This document shows positions 13,301 through 23,513 of a stretch of 64,000 nt of DNA, in pieces. The notes beneath the pieces were generated by a model, which saw only the letters and a list, made by a program, of their open reading frames with translations, did not search any database and was not told the origin of the DNA. Source of the stretch: Mobula hypostoma (lineage: Eukaryota). The stretch lies in the NCBI RefSeq assembly GCF_963921235.1, contig NC_086097.1:180298001-180362000 (forward strand), in the 5' to 3' direction. The first letter of the stretch is position 1. The number at the start of each line of letters is the position of its first letter. The translations under genes were made by a program, and so were the position numbers.

Positions 13301-16300
13301 TCACAAATCCATGCTGACTTTGTCCGATCATTTCACCGCTTTCCAAATGTGCTGTTATCACATCCTTGATAACTGACTCCAGCAGTTTCCCCACCACCGA
13401 CGTTAGGCTAACCGGTCTATAATTCCCCGGTTTCTCTCTCCCTCCTTTTTTAAAAAGTGGGGTTACATTAGCCACCCTCCAATCCTCAGGAACTAGTCCA
13501 GAATCTAACGAGTTTTGAAAAATTATCACAAATGCATCCACTATTTCTTGGGCTACTTCCTTAAGCACTCTAGGATGCAGACCATCTGGCCCTGGGGATT
13601 TATCTGCCTTCAATCCCTTCAATTTACCCAACACCACTTCCCTACTAACATGTATTTCACTCAGTTCCTCCATCTCACTGGACCCTCTGTCCCTTACTAT
13701 TTCTGGAAGATTATTTATGTCCTCCTTAGTGAAGACAGAACCAAAGTAATTATTCAATTGGTCTGCCAGACAGAACCAAAGTAATTATTCAATTGGTCTG
13801 CCATTCACACTTTTAGATTTGATTTACCAGATAATTATGTGCTCAACATCCACCAAATAAGTAGGCAGCCATCCAGTCCTTGACAACAATCACACTGTAG
13901 AATCTGCCACTGAGTTAAGTTACCATCATAAGGTTGAACATCCAACATTGGATCGTGAGCAACACCAGCAGGGCAGCAGCTGGCACCGAAGGGCATCGCT
14001 CAGCACTGGAGATAGCCACTTGTCCTAACAGGTCGGCAAGTCTTGCAGACTATATATCTGTCTGTAGTTTGGACATATGTAAAAAAATCCCTTGGGACAG
14101 AGTAAGCGTAAGAGCAGGGGAAATCCCTCACTGTTCCAGTCAGAAACATTGCTCAACCTATAAAGAAATAATTTAGCTTGTCATTTACCACCAACATGTT
14201 AAGGGAATTTGTACCAAAACTGGCTGTCACATGCCCTACAGCTCTGACAAAATTGTTCAAAGGACAATTCATTGACTGTTGGGCAATTAATACACATTGG
14301 AACAATACTCAATAAATTTAACAAACTTCCTTCAACTACTCATTCACCTCATCCTTTCAGAAAGATGCTGAACAATTAAGCTACAGTATTAACAAACAAT
14401 CTCCAAGGAGTGCAGTGGTCAGGCAGCATTTGTGGGGAAAGCAATTGTCAACATTTCATATTGAGGACAGAGTGGTGAGGACTGGTGCAGGGCTTCCACC
14501 TGACAGATTTTTTGTTGCTGCATATTCCAGTGAATGCAGTCTCTTATGTCTCCAAGATACAGTATTACCCTTGTATAAGAACAACCCTGTAGCAAAAAAT
14601 AGAAAAATAACTCCTTGTGGACAAGATTGAAAATCCATTTAAGAATAACAGGACAAGATTTAAAAGCAATACTTATTCATTCAGTATTGGGGATCTGGAT
14701 ATTGTTGAGAAGGCCAGCAATTTCGACACATTCCTAAACAGCTTTGAGTTGACTAGCATGGCCATTTTTCAAAATCAGATTTAATATCACTGACATATGT
14801 TGTGAAATTTCTTGTTTTGTGGCGGTACATTGCAATAAATAATAATTACAATAAGTATAATTAAAAATTAAATAAGCAGTGCAAGTAAGAGGGGAAAATA
14901 CTGAGCTTTTGTTCATGGATTTTCTTCAGCCATTCAGGAATCTGATGGTTGAGGGAAGATGATGTTCTTGAAACACTGAGTGTGGGGCTTCAGGCTTCTG
15001 TACGTCCTCCTTGATGGTAATGATGAGAAGAGGGCATGTCCTGAGTGATGGGGCTCCTTAATGATGGCTGCTACCTTTCTGAAGTATCACCTTCTGAAGG
15101 ATGCTGGAGAGGCTAGTGTTCACGATGGAGCTGACAGAATTTACAACTCCCTGCAGCTTTTTTCCGAATTTGTGCAGTGGCCCCCTCCATACCCCAGAGT
15201 GATACGACCAGTTAGAATGCTCTCTGCAGTACAAATTTGGAAATTTGCAAATATCTTTGGTGCCATGCCAATTCTCCTCAAACTCCTAATGAAAATAAAA
15301 GAAATATAGATGCTGTTGTGCCTTCTTTGTAATTGCATCAGTATGTTGGGCACAGAACAGATCATCAGAGATAATGACATGCAGGAACTGCTCACCCTTT
15401 CCACTTCTGATTCTTCAGTGAGGATTAGCGTGTGTTCAGAGGGCATTAGAGGAGTTACATAAAAGTCATAAAGGCCAAGGAGTAACAAATATATAGAACG
15501 TAAACCAGTACCGCACAGGAACAGGCCCTCAGCCTACCTTGTTTGTACTGACCATGATACTAATCCAAAATAATCCCAGCTGCCTGCACATGATCCCTAT
15601 TCCTCCATTCACTGCCTGTTCATGCATCCGTCTAAAAGACTTTTAAACACCACTACCTTAACTGCTTTTACCACCACCCTGGCAGCCTATTCCAGGCACT
15701 CACTGTTCTTTTAAACTTTTCCCCTCACCTTAAAGTTATGTGTTCTAGTATTTGACATTTCTACCCTATCTGTGCCTTTCAGTTTTAGAAGCTAGGTCTC
15801 CCCTCATCTTTGATATTCCAAAGAAAACAATCCAAGTTTGTCCAACCTTATAGCTTAAACATTCCAATCCAGACAGCACCTTGATGAATCTCTTATAAAT
15901 CCCTGCACCCTATCCAAACCTCCATATCCTTCCTATGATGTAGGGACCAGAACCATACACAGTAATCCAAATGAGGCCTAACCAAAGTTTAGTACAGCTG
16001 AATCACACACTCAACACCTCAAACGATGAAGGCAAGCATGCTGTATCCATTAGTTACCACTGCTACTTGTGTTGCCACTTTCAAGGAACTAGTAGTCATG
16101 ACCACAAGATCCCTCTGTACATCATTGCTAAGGATGTACTGTACATTTGACCTTCCAAAGTGCAATACCTCACACTTGACCAAACTAAACTACATCCACC
16201 ATTTATTTCTTTACCCACATTTCCAATTGGACTATACCCTACTAAATCCTTAGACAGCCGTCCTCACTATCCACAACAATGCCAGTTTTTCATTACTGAA

Positions 16301-16940
16301 AAAGTCATTTCATCACTGATTCTTGAGGAACACTACTGACCACGGACCCCATGCAGTGTAACAAGTGTGACACCTGCCTCTACAGCTCCTCCCTCACCAC
16401 CACTGAGGGCCCCAAACAGTCCTTCCAGGTGAGGCGACACTTCGCCTGTGAGGCTGTTCGGATCATCCACTATAACCGGTGCGACCTCCTGTAGATCGGG
16501 AGACGGCTCCGCAGAGGTCAAGCAGCATCTACATTTCAGATCTAGTTCCTTCATCAGGTCTGGGAAATGTGCTGCTCCGGTTTTCCAGCATCTGGCAACT
16601 GATCTCTTCACCTGAACTCATATATCTTGATTGGGTAACTCAAATGCGCAGGTTCTTTCGTGTGGGAAGACTGGTCAGGCTGTATTTGCTGGAGCCTAGA
16701 CGAGTGAGAGAGGACCTGATTGAACCACGGACGACCCCTAACAGGGTGGGCGTGAAGCAGATGTTACCTTATAGAATAATTTAACACTACACGCTGTGAC
16801 GCTCCCTCAGCACCACCGGTCTTACAGTGCGGCCCTCCATCGGTACTACCCCCTCCATCGCGCCGCACTGCCTCGGTACTGTACCGGGCCGTTACCTTCT
16901 CCCTCCAGGGTTGTGCGGCCGCTGCCAGGCCGGGCTCCAT
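1234..16940 (-). CDS. RIOK3: Serine/threonine-protein kinase RIO3, 5' part (coding exons 1-6; gene continues beyond the left edge)
   Basis: Join (minus): 16940-16896, 8688-8567, 5519-5377, 4297-4190, 2009-1900, 1377-1234. All introns are GT-AG with compatible phases. Product MEPGLAAAAQPWREK-CPWGAP..CSLSDVMSEELAKELQ..SSDFLLAQMLQMEFDREYDAQLRREENKLNGDSK-VSISFENYRMVHPFEDSESSEDEVDWQD..ITTKHDEVTCGRRNTARMEN-FAPEFQVGDGIGMDLKLSNRVFNALKQH matches the RIOK3 N-terminus. Confidence 0.97.
1900..2009 (-). CDS. RIOK3: RIOK3 coding exon 5 (110 nt)
   Basis: ggtag|ATAAACCT...GAAAAT|gtaagc; (D)KPSTNPRRGFAGKGKEITTKHDEVTCGRRNTARMEN. Confidence 0.95.
2100..2245 (+). mobile_element. CR1 LINE 3' terminal fragment (same young family as the copies at 7857-13803)
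   Basis: GATCAGCCATGATCATACTGAATGGCGGTGCAGGCTCGAAGGGCTGAATGGCCTACTCTTGCACCTATTTTCTATGTTTCTATG is the same 3' end and (TTTCTATG)n tail as at 10770-10853. Confidence 0.8.
4190..4297 (-). CDS. RIOK3: RIOK3 coding exon 4 (108 nt)
   Basis: ctcag|TTTCTATT...CTCG|gtaatg; (V)SISFENYRMVHPFEDSESSEDEVDWQDTRHDPYKL. Not in the ORF track. Confidence 0.96.
5377..5519 (-). CDS. RIOK3: RIOK3 coding exon 3 (143 nt)
   Basis: tgtag|CATTGAC...AAAG|gtaagc; IDTAALIGEGTETSSDFLLAQMLQMEFDREYDAQLRREENKLNGDSK. Confidence 0.96.
7857..8555 (-). mobile_element. CR1 LINE, 5'-truncated young copy A (about 700 bp)
   Basis: ORF2 C-terminus (LYKALVRPHLEYCVQFWSP...[21 protein letters not shown]...FFTQRVVNLWNSLP) plus (TTTCTATG)n tail; near-identical to copies B and C. 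Confidence 0.93.
8567..8688 (-). CDS. RIOK3: RIOK3 coding exon 2 (122 nt)
   Basis: ctgcag|TGTCCATGG...ATTGG|gtgagt; CPWGAPPTTITPCSLSDVMSEELAKELQQQEQNAAFPHVI. Confidence 0.95.
9173..10853 (+). mobile_element. CR1 LINE, 5'-truncated young copy B (RT domain with a few disablements), nested in an older CR1
   Basis: KSPGPDGLHPRVLKE, QHGFVKGKSC, VYLDFQKAFD, SGVPQGSVLGP and the 3' tail. The older CR1 host (about 8890-9172) resumes at 10856-11020. Confidence 0.95.
12021..13803 (-). mobile_element. CR1 LINE, 5'-truncated young copy C; RT frame intact except one nonsense codon
   Basis: ORFs 13757-12693 and 12605-12111 are in one frame, separated by a single TAG (CAG in the sister copies). Contains FADD, SGVPQGSVLGP and LDFQKAFD, plus the tail at 12021. 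Confidence 0.96.
16350..16510 (+). mobile_element. Old Penelope-like element fragment (start of the GIY-YIG domain)
   Basis: Diverged match to the reverse complement of 35380-35550 (GGCCCCAAACAGTCCTTCCAGGTGAGGCGACACTTC). Confidence 0.65.
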
Positions 16941-17210
16941 TCTCCGCAGCTGGCTGAAACTCAGTCCTTCCCACGAGTCGGGGAGGGCAAAGCCGGAGCT
17001 TCGGGCCTTCACCGAGGCCAGGTCCGACAGTCGGGACCGGGGGAGATTACGGATATTTCCTGGAGACCGGGGTCCGGGCTCGGAGACCAAGACGTTACCC
17101 GGAGGTAACGAGACCCGCCCAGGAAAACAGCCGGCGTCGCGATGAGCGACGCAGAGGCCGCCGTGACACACGCCCAGGTCAAAGTTCAAACACCGCCCCA
17201 CTCTGCATAG
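16780..17210 (-). promoter_or_regulatory. CpG island, 5'UTR and proximal promoter of RIOK3
   Basis: Sharp rise in GC and CpG density around coding exon 1; GC box CACCGCCCC at 17191. Confidence 0.75.
16896..16940 (-). CDS. RIOK3: RIOK3 coding exon 1 (45 coding nt)
   Basis: ATG at 16940 in the CpG island; MEPGLAAAAQPWREK|gtaacg; phase 0 joins exon 2 (CPW) as in other vertebrates. Confidence 0.88.
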
Positions 17211-17918
17211 CAACACACATCAAAGTTGCTGGTGAACACAGCAGGCCAGACAGCATCTGTAGGAAGCGGTACAGTCGACGTTTCAGGCCGAGACCCTTCG
17301 TCAGGACTAACTGAAGGAAGAGTGAGTAAGGGATTTGAAAGCTGGAGGGAGAGGGGGAGATGCAAAATGATAGGAGAAGACAGGAGGGGGAGGGATAGAG
17401 CCAAGAGCTGGAAAGGTGATTGGCAAAGGGGATACGAGAGGATCATGGGATAGGTGGCCCGGGAAGAAAGACAAGGGGGGGGTGACCCAGAGGATGGGCA
17501 AGGGGTATATTCAGAGGGACAGAGAGAGAAAAAGGAGAGTGAGAGAAAGAATGTGGGCATAAAAATGAGTAACAGATGGGGTACGAGGGGGAGGTGGGGC
17601 CTTAGCGGAAGTTAGAGAAGTCGATGTTCATACCATCAGGTTGGAGGCTACCCAGACGGAATATAAGGTGTTGTTCCTCCAACCTGAGTGTGGCTTTATC
17701 TTTACAGTAGAGGAGGCCGTGGATAGACATGTCAGAATGGGAATGGGATGTGGAATTAAAATGTGTGGCCACTGGGAGATCCTGCTTTCTCTGGCGGACA
17801 GAGCGTAGATGTTCAGCAAAGCGGTCTCCCAGTCTGCGTCGGATCTCGCCAATATATAAAAGGCCACATCGGGAGCACCGGACGCAGTATATCACCCCAG
17901 CCGACTCACAGGTGAAGT
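17211..17918 (-). mobile_element. Penelope-like retroelement (PLE), 5'-truncated: GIY-YIG endonuclease C-terminus plus terminal repeat
   Basis: FTCESAGVIYCVRCSRCGLLYIGEIRRRLGDRFAEH...VATHFN...RLEEQHLIFRLGSLQPDGMN (VIY/YIG motifs). Flanked by CCACTCTGCATAG (17198-17210) and CCACTCTGCGTAG (17919-17931). Confidence 0.9.
17273..17308 (-). ncRNA. Minimal type I hammerhead ribozyme motif in the PLE terminal repeat
   Basis: RNA AGUC-CUGACGA-AGG-GUCUCGG-CCU-GAAA-CG-UC/GACU: CUGANGA and GAAA cores, 3-bp helix II, 4-bp helix I (AGUC/GACU), palindromic ACGU minimal helix III, GUC cleavage triplet. Confidence 0.7.
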
Positions 17919-20089
17919 CCACTCTGCGTAGAGGACTTTCCCATGACATTAGAAGGCGGGGCAAATAGTCGCCATACCGGAGGACATATTACTCGGTGAA
18001 AGCTCTCACAATCCCGATTAAAAAATGCTGGAAACGGCAGAAAGAAAACGGAACAGTTGATGTTTCAGATCTGGGACCCTTTATCATGTCATTTTCTGCT
18101 TGACATGGAAACTTATTTCTCCAAATGTGCTTGAAATAAAGAGATACAGATCATATCAGGCAGATGGAATTAGTTTATCTGGCATGGTGGTCTCCGACAT
18201 TTTGGGCCGAAGGTTCTGTTCCTGAGGGGTACTGTATTGTTTTCTATGCAACAGTAAAAATCCGGTCTAATAATTCCTACACTTGCCATTTAACATTAGC
18301 ATGGAGCATAGAAGAGTACAGCACAGTACAGGCCCCTCAACATTTTAACCTAATCCAAGATCAATCTAATCCTTCCTTCCGACGTACCCATTTTTTCTTT
18401 CATCCACGTGCCTATCTAAGAGACGCTGAAATGTCCCTAGTTAGAGCATCTACATTATGTTTCATTTGTTAAAAGCTCTCTGGAGATTGATTTTTGTCAG
18501 TTAATAGCTTTGTGAATTGCAAAAGCTCATGAAAGGACACTTACAGCTACAAATATGTCTCGATAGAGACAATTAAGAGACTCTTAAATAGGCACATGGA
18601 TGCTAGAAAATGGAAGGCTATGTAGGAAGGAAGAGTTAGATTGATTTTAGGATTAAAAGATCAGCCCAACATCTTGAGTACAAGGACCTGTACTGGGCTA
18701 TAGTGTTCTATGAGACTGCAGAAGCTGGAATCCTGAACAACACAAACTGCTGGAGGAACTCAGCAGGTCAGGCAGCATCTGCGGAGGAAAATGGATAGTC
18801 TGTATTTTGGGTCAATATATTTAATCTGAACTGAAAAATAGAGGGAAGATAGTAAAAAAGAGGTGATATAAGGTTCCATCATCTCCAGCCCTTTGTTACC
18901 TCCACCAATCACTTCCCAGCCTCTGTCACATTTTCCACACTTCCCTCCTCCACCTGCCTATCACCTGGATCTGCATGCCTCTTTCTAGTTCTTGTTCCAA
19001 CCCTTCCTCTCAGCTCTTTATACTAGCTATCTGCCCTCTACTCTTTCACTTCAGATGAAATGTCTCAATCTGAAATGTTGACTGTCCATTTCCCTCCATA
19101 AGTACCACCTCTGGAGGTGATAGTCACTGGGCTGGCTCTGCAGTAGGTGAGTGAAACAACATCAAGGGATCGATCTAGTGGACCTCATATATACCAATGC
19201 ACAATACCAATGCTAGTGATGACCACAGCACAGCTCCTAGGGAGACAAAGTCCAATCATCACACAGAGGACACCGTCCATCATGCGTGGCTCTGCAACTG
19301 TATTAAATGGGATAGATTCAAAATAGATCAGACTGCACAAAACTGGGCATTCATGAGGTGCAGTGGACAATCAACTGCAGATCTATAACCTTACTGTTGC
19401 TCGGCACAATGATCTATAACCCTACTGTTTGGCCTTATCTCATTCTACCATTTCAATTAAGTCAGGAGATTAATCCTGGTTCAATGTTAAAATCAAAGTT
19501 TAGTTTATTGGCATATGCATAAGTCCATGGGTGCACGCACAGGTGCTATGAAATCATAGTGGCTTCACAGGTACATAGCATCATATAAGCAGTTTTCACA
19601 AGAAAAACATACACTAAACACAATTTTTACAAGAAAATACACATAAAACAAAATAAAATCCATTTTAGTGAAAAGTGAGCAGAATGATCATAATGTTGTT
19701 AACTACAGTGATTAGGGTATTTCCATTTGATGAAGAATTAAATGGCTCACTATCCACAACAATGCCAGTTTTTCATTACAGAGGTCCCATCACTGATTCT
19801 TGAGGAACACTACTGACCATGGTGTATTAGACTGAGTCCACTACTTTCTGCAGATTCTTATGTTCCTGTGCACTTGATTGTCATATCAGGCCGTATTGTA
19901 ACAAACCAGGACACCTTCAACACTACATCCATAGAAGTTTGTTAGCAAGTTCAGTGACAAGTAAAAAAGTAAAGCCCCTAGTGCACCTTCCCTGTGATTG
20001 TATTTATGTGCTGGGCTGGACCCAGGATAGGTCATCCAATATGTTAATGCACATGAATTTAAAACTGGTGATTCTCTCCTTCAACAGAA

Positions 20090-20410
20090 GGGTTTTTTTT
20101 AATACAGTATATTCAGTTATGGGATATTGGTGTCGCTAACTAAGCCAGCATTTATTGCCCATCCCTGGTTGCCCTTGAGAAGGTGGTGATGAGCTGCCTT
20201 CTTGAACTGCTGCAGTCCCTGAGGTGTAGGTACACCCACAGTGCTGATAGGGAGGGAATTCCATGATTTTGACCCAGTGACAATGAAGGAACGGTGATAT
20301 GTTTACAAGTCAGGATGATGAGTGACTTGGAGGGGGATTTCCAAGTGGTGGTGTTCTCAGGTATCTGCTGTTCTTGTCCTTCTAGATGGTAGTGGTCATG
20401 GGTCTTGAAG
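20090..20410 (-). mobile_element. LINE 3' fragment (CR1/L2-superfamily, different family)
   Basis: Ends in GGGATGGGCAATAAATGCTGGC on the minus strand. The ORF remnant is degenerate, and related fragments occur near 14690-14760 and 19130-19390. Confidence 0.55.
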
Positions 20411-20733
20411 TGGGTCATGGGTATGTTAAAAGTGGAATGAAAATGAGGTGCTAACCTAGTAAAGCTGTTATACAGGACTGAAAAAATATATAAAGCCATC
20501 AGCCACCAGCATAGTTACACAAGGGCAAATTCCCAAAAACATGCAAAATAGCACATAGACGTCTTATTCGCAACAAGGACATACCCAATTTAACCAATCA
20601 CCAACTCCTAGTTAGTTAGTTACCCTTAGTCAGTCAAAGTGAAGAAGGAGTTAACGATTTGTGTACTGAAGAAGGTGCAAAGAAGATCCATCAGGGGGTT
20701 GCTAGGATGGAGTGCTTTAGTTATGAGGAGAGA

Positions 20734-21428
20734 CCCCTGGCCACCCTCAGGGTCGCTCGGCTCGCTGTCGTCTAGGGAAACAGCCTCGGCCCCGCCAAAC
20801 TGGGTAATTAGTTTGTGTGGATGCTGTGTGAGGTGCCCCACCCCGCCCAAATAACAGACAATACACCAGATGCAATTAAATGATATACAGTTTATAGATA
20901 TTACTGGAACTATATAATTAAAAGAGAATAAAATATAAAAGGAAAATAAAAGGCGCCACACTTATCAAAGTTCAATCTCTTCGTGCACAAAAACCGTTGG
21001 AGCTCAAGGACCTTCTTCTTCACCCTGCGACCCCCTCGGACCACCTCAACCGGCCGCCTGGAACCAACAACGGTGGTCGACCAGATGCTCCACACGAGTC
21101 CGTCTCCATCTCCTCTCCTCGCCGAACGTCCCGCTCGGGGTCCGACCCCGTTAGCGGACTCACAGCACCTCGTCCATCCTCTGTCTCGCTCTCCCGCCTT
21201 CTGCCCCCAAAACCCTCTCGCAAACAGTATCTTCAAATACACCAAAACCATAACAACTATCCCAATTGGTTAATAACGTATTTTTTATCACCCTCTAAAC
21301 CATAACAAGCTGCTAGTGCAAACTTTCTCAGCGTTTAAGACAACAAAGCCGCATTCCCCAGATTAACATAACAAAGACGCCATTTTAATTAGCCTCCGCA
21401 GTAACATAAAAATCGAAACCCCCTTACA
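20734..21428 (-). repeat. 3' LTR of the Gypsy element (terminal few bases lost)
   Basis: Direct repeat of 22815-23513 with only scattered substitutions and small indels. Confidence 0.9.
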
Positions 21429-22814
21429 CTCTCCCCCCCACCAAATAAAGTCATGTCCTCATGACTTCTAAATAATTCGCCACCCAGTCCTACAGACACA
21501 CAACACACACATACACAGATACACACAGTGACAGTGCTCCCCAAACAGTGGACCTTACTCCCGTCCCACGGGCGTTAAATAGGCCAACCTATCTGGGAGC
21601 TTCTTAACCCTCTGAGACCTCCGTACCCCCTCACCTAAACCCAAAAGGCTCAGACACTACTAGGGATACCTCGGGCCTGCTTGCCAACTCCTCTCTCACT
21701 AAGGTGTCTTCAGCGGTCAACTCCCCTCCCTCGTGGTAGTTCGGAGCATCTACTAAGAGGGTCTCACCCTCAGCTACTTTCCCCAGGCCGTACCGCCGCT
21801 GGGTCTCGTTTAAATTCAGTACCGGCTCAAGGCTGCTACACACATCCTCAGAAGCAACTCAACACGCTGGGTGCCCAGAAAATGCCTCCATGAACTCCAG
21901 GGTCATTAACCAATCATCGTCTTCTGGATAACTACTGCCACTAGTACCCAAGGTCTCCGGTGCCCTTGCGGTTGTCAAGGATAAATGCTTCAGACACCGG
22001 TTGTAAAACGAACTGTACAACAACTTGATCTGTGCCCCGGGGTCGAGGATAGCTTTAGCATTGCTTCCCTCTATTCATAACGACACCCTGGGGCGTGGTC
22101 CCTCTAAGCCTTCAGGAATAGGGTCTTTTCCTTGCGGAAGTTCAGTGGTACATTGCTGGGAACGTGCTTCCCCAGAGACCCCAAGCCTTTCCCCCACTGG
22201 GCCTCCACTAAGTTTCTCGATCCCTTTCTGATCAGCTGAACAACTGAGGGAGGGGCTGATCCCCTGAAATGATCCCCCTGGCACTACAAGCAATTTAGCT
22301 GCCCTCCTAGCCAGAGAAGACACACTGAAAACTTTCCCCCCTCTTTCAAATAACTGACAGCTGTCACTATGGTATAAGTGAACCTGACAACTCTAACACC
22401 GTCACCAGCCCGCCTACTCAAACTTTCAACCAATCCCTGTCGCTCTCCCTCAACCGAGCACTGCCACTCATCTAACAACTGAGAGATCCGCTCCACCCAC
22501 GTCTCGCACGCCTCCGCCCCTCTTGGGGTGGACACTATCCCAAGTGCCAGGCGGAGCCTGCCAGAGCTAGAACATTTATTCGCAGACTCTACCTCCAAAT
22601 CAGACCACTCTTTCCTCTCTCTCCCAACCGCATGGACAGCCCCTAGTGCCACCTCCAACTCGTCAATGCTAGTCTGAACTCGAACAAAGACCTCACCCAC
22701 CACGCATACAGCAATAACCAGCAAATAACCCACAGAGACACACATTACAGATTTAAACAGGGCACCCACACAGCATACCAACAGACTCAAGCATCCTGGA
22801 CAAAGCCCCCACAA

Positions 22815-23513
22815 TGTAGCCCCCCCGGCCACCCTCAGGGTCGCTCGGCTCGCTGTCGTCTGGGGAAACAGCCTCGGCCCCACCAAACTGGGTAATTAGT
22901 TTGTGTGGATGCTGTGTGAGGTACCCCACCCCGCCCAAATAACAGACAATACACCAGATGCAATTAAATGATATACAGTTTATAGATATTACTGGAACTA
23001 TATAATTAAAAGAGAATAAAATATAAAAGGAAAATAAAAGGCGCCACACTTATCAAAGTTCAATCTCTTTGTGCACAAAAAAACCCGTTGGAGCTCAAGG
23101 ACCTTCTTCTTCACCCTGCGACCCCCTCGGACCACCTCAACCGGCCGCCTGGGACCAACAACGGTGGTCGACCAGACGCTCCACACGAATCCGTCTCCGT
23201 CTCCTTGCCGAACGTCCCGCTCGGGGTCCGACCCCGTTAGCGGACTCACAGCACCTCGTCCATCCTCTGTCTCGCTCTCCCGCCTTCTGCCCCAAAACCC
23301 TCTCGCAAACACTATCTTCAAATACACCAAAACCATAACAACTATCCCAATTGGTTAATAACGTATTTTTTATCACCCTCTAAACCACAACAAGCTGCTA
23401 GCGCAAACTTTCTCAGCGTTTAAGACAACAAAGCCGCATTCCCCAGATTAACATAACAAAGACGCCATTTTAATTAGCCTCCGCAGTAACATAAAAGTCA
23501 AAACCCCCTTACA
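22815..23513 (-). repeat. 5' LTR of the Gypsy element
   Basis: TGTAG...TTACA termini; the PBS lies immediately internal. Confidence 0.9.

Larger units (their letters stand above)
20734..23513 (-). mobile_element. Non-autonomous Ty3/Gypsy LTR retrotransposon (two ~700-bp LTRs, PBS, PNMA-like gag remnant, PPT)
   Basis: LTRs at about 20734-21428 and 22815-23513 (TG...CA in the right copy). PBS TGGGGGCTTTGTCCAGGAT at about 22786-22812 resembles the tRNA-Pro PBS. PPT TGGGGGGAGAG at about 21430-21440. Gag-like [29 protein letters not shown] and integrase-tail-like RRSQRVKKLPDRL. Inserted in a CR1 (GAGGAGAGA|CTGGATT). Confidence 0.9.

Noticed and set aside
16764..17216. 150-aa minus-strand ORF over the RIOK3 5' end
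   Set aside because: It is a GC-rich open frame through the UTR and intron; only the 15 codons from ATG 16940 to the donor fit RIOK3.
20626..23376. Paired ORFs (MWRLLFSFY, MVLVYLKI, MHKNRWSS)
   Set aside because: They occur twice only because they lie in the two LTRs; no protein homology recognised.
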